A DNA stretch of 17,742 nt from Promethearchaeota archaeon (GTDB taxonomy: Archaea; Asgardarchaeota; Lokiarchaeia; Sigyniarchaeales; SOKP01), in contig JAFGGO010000150.1 of NCBI GenBank assembly GCA_016930515.1, forward strand, positions 1-17,742, in the 5' to 3' direction. The notes beneath the pieces were generated by a model. It worked only from the letters and a program-made list of their open reading frames with translations, had not been told where the DNA came from and did no database searches. Both the position numbers and the translations under genes were made by a program. This document shows, in pieces, positions 16,601 to 17,742 of this stretch (its first letter is position 1; each line of letters opens with the position of its first letter).

Positions 16601-17111
16601 TATGGGTTTTTCGTCTCACATAATCCGCAATCAATACACATAATGCTTGAACTGTTCCTCCGGCAGCTCTGATTGGTCCAGCGAAATATAGTGAGAGATA
16701 TTTATTTCCTGATTGGTCTTCTCGAACTTTAATTTTTGAAATCCCCTCAAGTGGTGCGCTTACAACCCCCATAGTCTTAATTGCAAGCCCTACTCTAATG
16801 GCCCTTTCAACTCTATCGTTTAGAGAATCAATATTTCCTACTTTCCTGTCTAAAATGTCCGATACTACTTGAAAAACGATTTCATCCTCGTTCTTTCCCT
16901 TTTTTTTATAATTTCTTATGATTTCTGCAACCCCATCGGGTCCAACTAGCTTTTCGACCCTGCCTGCTAAGTCCTTAGCTTGTGGGGATTCAACATATAA
17001 TTCGGGATCTAATCCTTGTTCTCGGGCATTTGTTGCAATTTCATAGCATTCATTAACCCTTTCTTGAATGGTTCTGAAATATTGTTCCATATCTTTGCTC
17101 ATTTCTACCAA
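13605..17111 (-). CDS. polC: DNA polymerase D large (catalytic) subunit DP2
   Basis: AGPIRAAGGT, RIRYGKSRNTG, RMGRPEK, catalytic RRNCDGDED, three CxxC Zn modules and a C-terminal PIP box QQKLSDFF. No intein. Start is TTG 17111 or ATG 17102. Confidence 0.99.
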   Translation of the reverse strand: MVEMSKDMEQYFRTIQERVNECYEIATNAREQGLDPELYVESPQAKDLAGRVEKLVGPDGVAEIIRNYKKKGKNEDEIVFQVVSDILDRKVGNIDSLNDRVERAIRVGLAIKTMGVVSAPLEGISKIKVREDQSGNKYLSLYFAGPIRAAGGTVQALCVLIADYVRRKTHIPKYEATEAEIGRYVEEVKLYDRKIHLQYPSSNDELRFAVKNLPIEINGDSTEDEEVSAFRNLPRVETNKIRGGACLVLNDGILSKASKLMKITKNMNLEGWDWLLDLKKIALKEEESQEKEQSMPEKIPPNPKFVADIIAGRPVFSHPSRIGGHRIRYGKSRNTGLAAGGMHPATMAILDDFVAIGTQLRIERPGKSTSICPVDAIEPPIVKLKNGNVVRVTDYITGRRSFPEIEEILFLGDILFGFGEFAENNHKLVPSGYVEEWWSLELESSIKDNDSNSDVLKYIENPFQNIPTASEAIRISKIFRIPLHPAYTDFWGNLTVEEIKKLRKAFLSNYIKSSGKIALDNEDSIKKILEKAFVPHKVKEGKINFSKAMNFIYTAIFNLNDEVIISQEGETDVFSYFLTLSSIQVKNKAPYFMGTRMGRPEKSERKSMKGVHSLFPLSDKVGSSRLFEKAIELRLEDSDGDKGKKKNELRKKKEELPNRIVIDVARKQCPKCDYVSIFNNCPKCGTFTELKKICPKCRTKNKTYLFQVNLHECPQCSERLSTSLEARFNLKNHIFSKLKSLKLRMPENFKGIIGLTNEFKVPEPIEKGILRAKNGVLVYKTAEIRYDATDIPLTHFKPNEISVSVKKLNELGYNKAYDGKTLENGNQIVELKVQDIVLSDDCAEYLLKVAKFIDDELEYFYKLEPFYKVSVRDDLVGHLVVGLAPHTSAGIIGRIIGFSPARSIYAHPFWHAAKRRNCDGDEDGVMLLLDPLLNFSRFYLPSKIGGRMDATLVISTLLDPNEIDAEAHNVDTLFKYPLEFYEATQKYSQPSEIDNIMGIIKNHLGTPEQYQSGFNIPTENINEGPTKTAYKTYESMDDKITAQLHLAKIINAVDSKNVAKKILSTHFTPDIAGNLRKFSVQSFRCIKCNSKFRRPPISNGNKCPRCGNRIILTVNRGGIEKYIKRAIILCTQFNLDQYTLQRMELINEYVQSLTNNPKIKQQKLSDFF

Positions 17112-17346
17112 AAGGTTATATCACTTTTTTAAGATGGGATTATGCTTTCAAGCTTTGAAATATGATCTTTATTATCATATGGCAATTAAATGATCTTGTT
17201 GACTTATTAATAGCTAGAGTTTATGAATTTATAAATGAAAAAGGTTGGACTAATATTAACTTGAATTTAATTAGTTTAGTTTATATGCCTAATTTAAAAA
17301 ATAAAATTGAGAGATCAACCCAAACATCAATATTGAGGAATTCACG

Positions 17347-17742
17347 ATGCAAAAAGTCTTAATAAAACAAAGAATACCAGAAAAATTAGAACTAAAGCTT
17401 GTCAATGAAATAAGGAATTATCTATGTAGTAAGGGAGAAATCAAGGCCTGTCTCCTTCATAAACTTTACAAGTACTTATTTAATAAGGGAATAATTCTTG
17501 ACAATAATAAAGAAATGCTCATTATTACATTAATTAGGATGTTTGAACAAGGAGAGATCGAAATAATTATTCCTAGACCATACACTCTACTATGGAAAAA
17601 AAGAAAATTTAATAAATTAAAATTTTTACAATCTGGGTATTATTACTTTAGGGCATATCGAGAATGGCCAGAAAAGATCGCTCCCCCCCTAAATTATTTA
17701 TTCGATTCAAGAAAATTTAATTTGAATGATGAGAAGAAAAAC
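17347..17742 (+). CDS. Hypothetical protein, truncated by the window end (possible winged-helix-like N-terminus)
   Basis: ATG at 17347 after GAGGA, open for 132 codons to the window end (MQKVLIKQRIPEKLELKLVNEIRNYL...). Absent from the ORF track because no stop codon is reached. Confidence 0.65.
   Translation, partial: MQKVLIKQRIPEKLELKLVNEIRNYLCSKGEIKACLLHKLYKYLFNKGIILDNNKEMLIITLIRMFEQGEIEIIIPRPYTLLWKKRKFNKLKFLQSGYYYFRAYREWPEKIAPPLNYLFDSRKFNLNDEKKN

Noticed and set aside
13605-17111. Intein in DP2 (or in Rpo2)
   Set aside because: Lengths are normal, conserved motifs are contiguous, and no intein or LAGLIDADG signature is seen.
17162-17362. 66-aa ORF upstream of DP2
   Set aside because: It lies in the AT-rich divergent promoter region and overlaps the better-supported ORF at 17347.

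Overview
AT-rich archaeal chromosomal segment, most likely Asgard/Lokiarchaeia (inferred from the single-chain Rpo2, PolD DP2, Cbf5 and a roadblock–Rab-like GTPase fusion). Housekeeping genes, all on the minus strand: rpo5-rpo2 (not followed by rpo1), an RsmC-type methyltransferase, cbf5, thiL and PolD DP2. Also present: several membrane or hypothetical proteins, a catalytically degenerate M28 peptidase-like membrane protein whose frame extends about 70 codons beyond the called start, and an internally deleted IS481/TnsB-like transposon downstream of rpo2. The most notable signal is invisible in the ORF track. Three tRNA genes (Lys-UUU, Thr-CGU, Leu-GAG) carry six short bulge-helix-bulge (BHB) introns at five positions (15/16 twice, 21/22, 37/38, ~43/44, 59/60). 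tRNA-Leu(GAG) alone has three non-canonical introns and C at the normally invariant U33.
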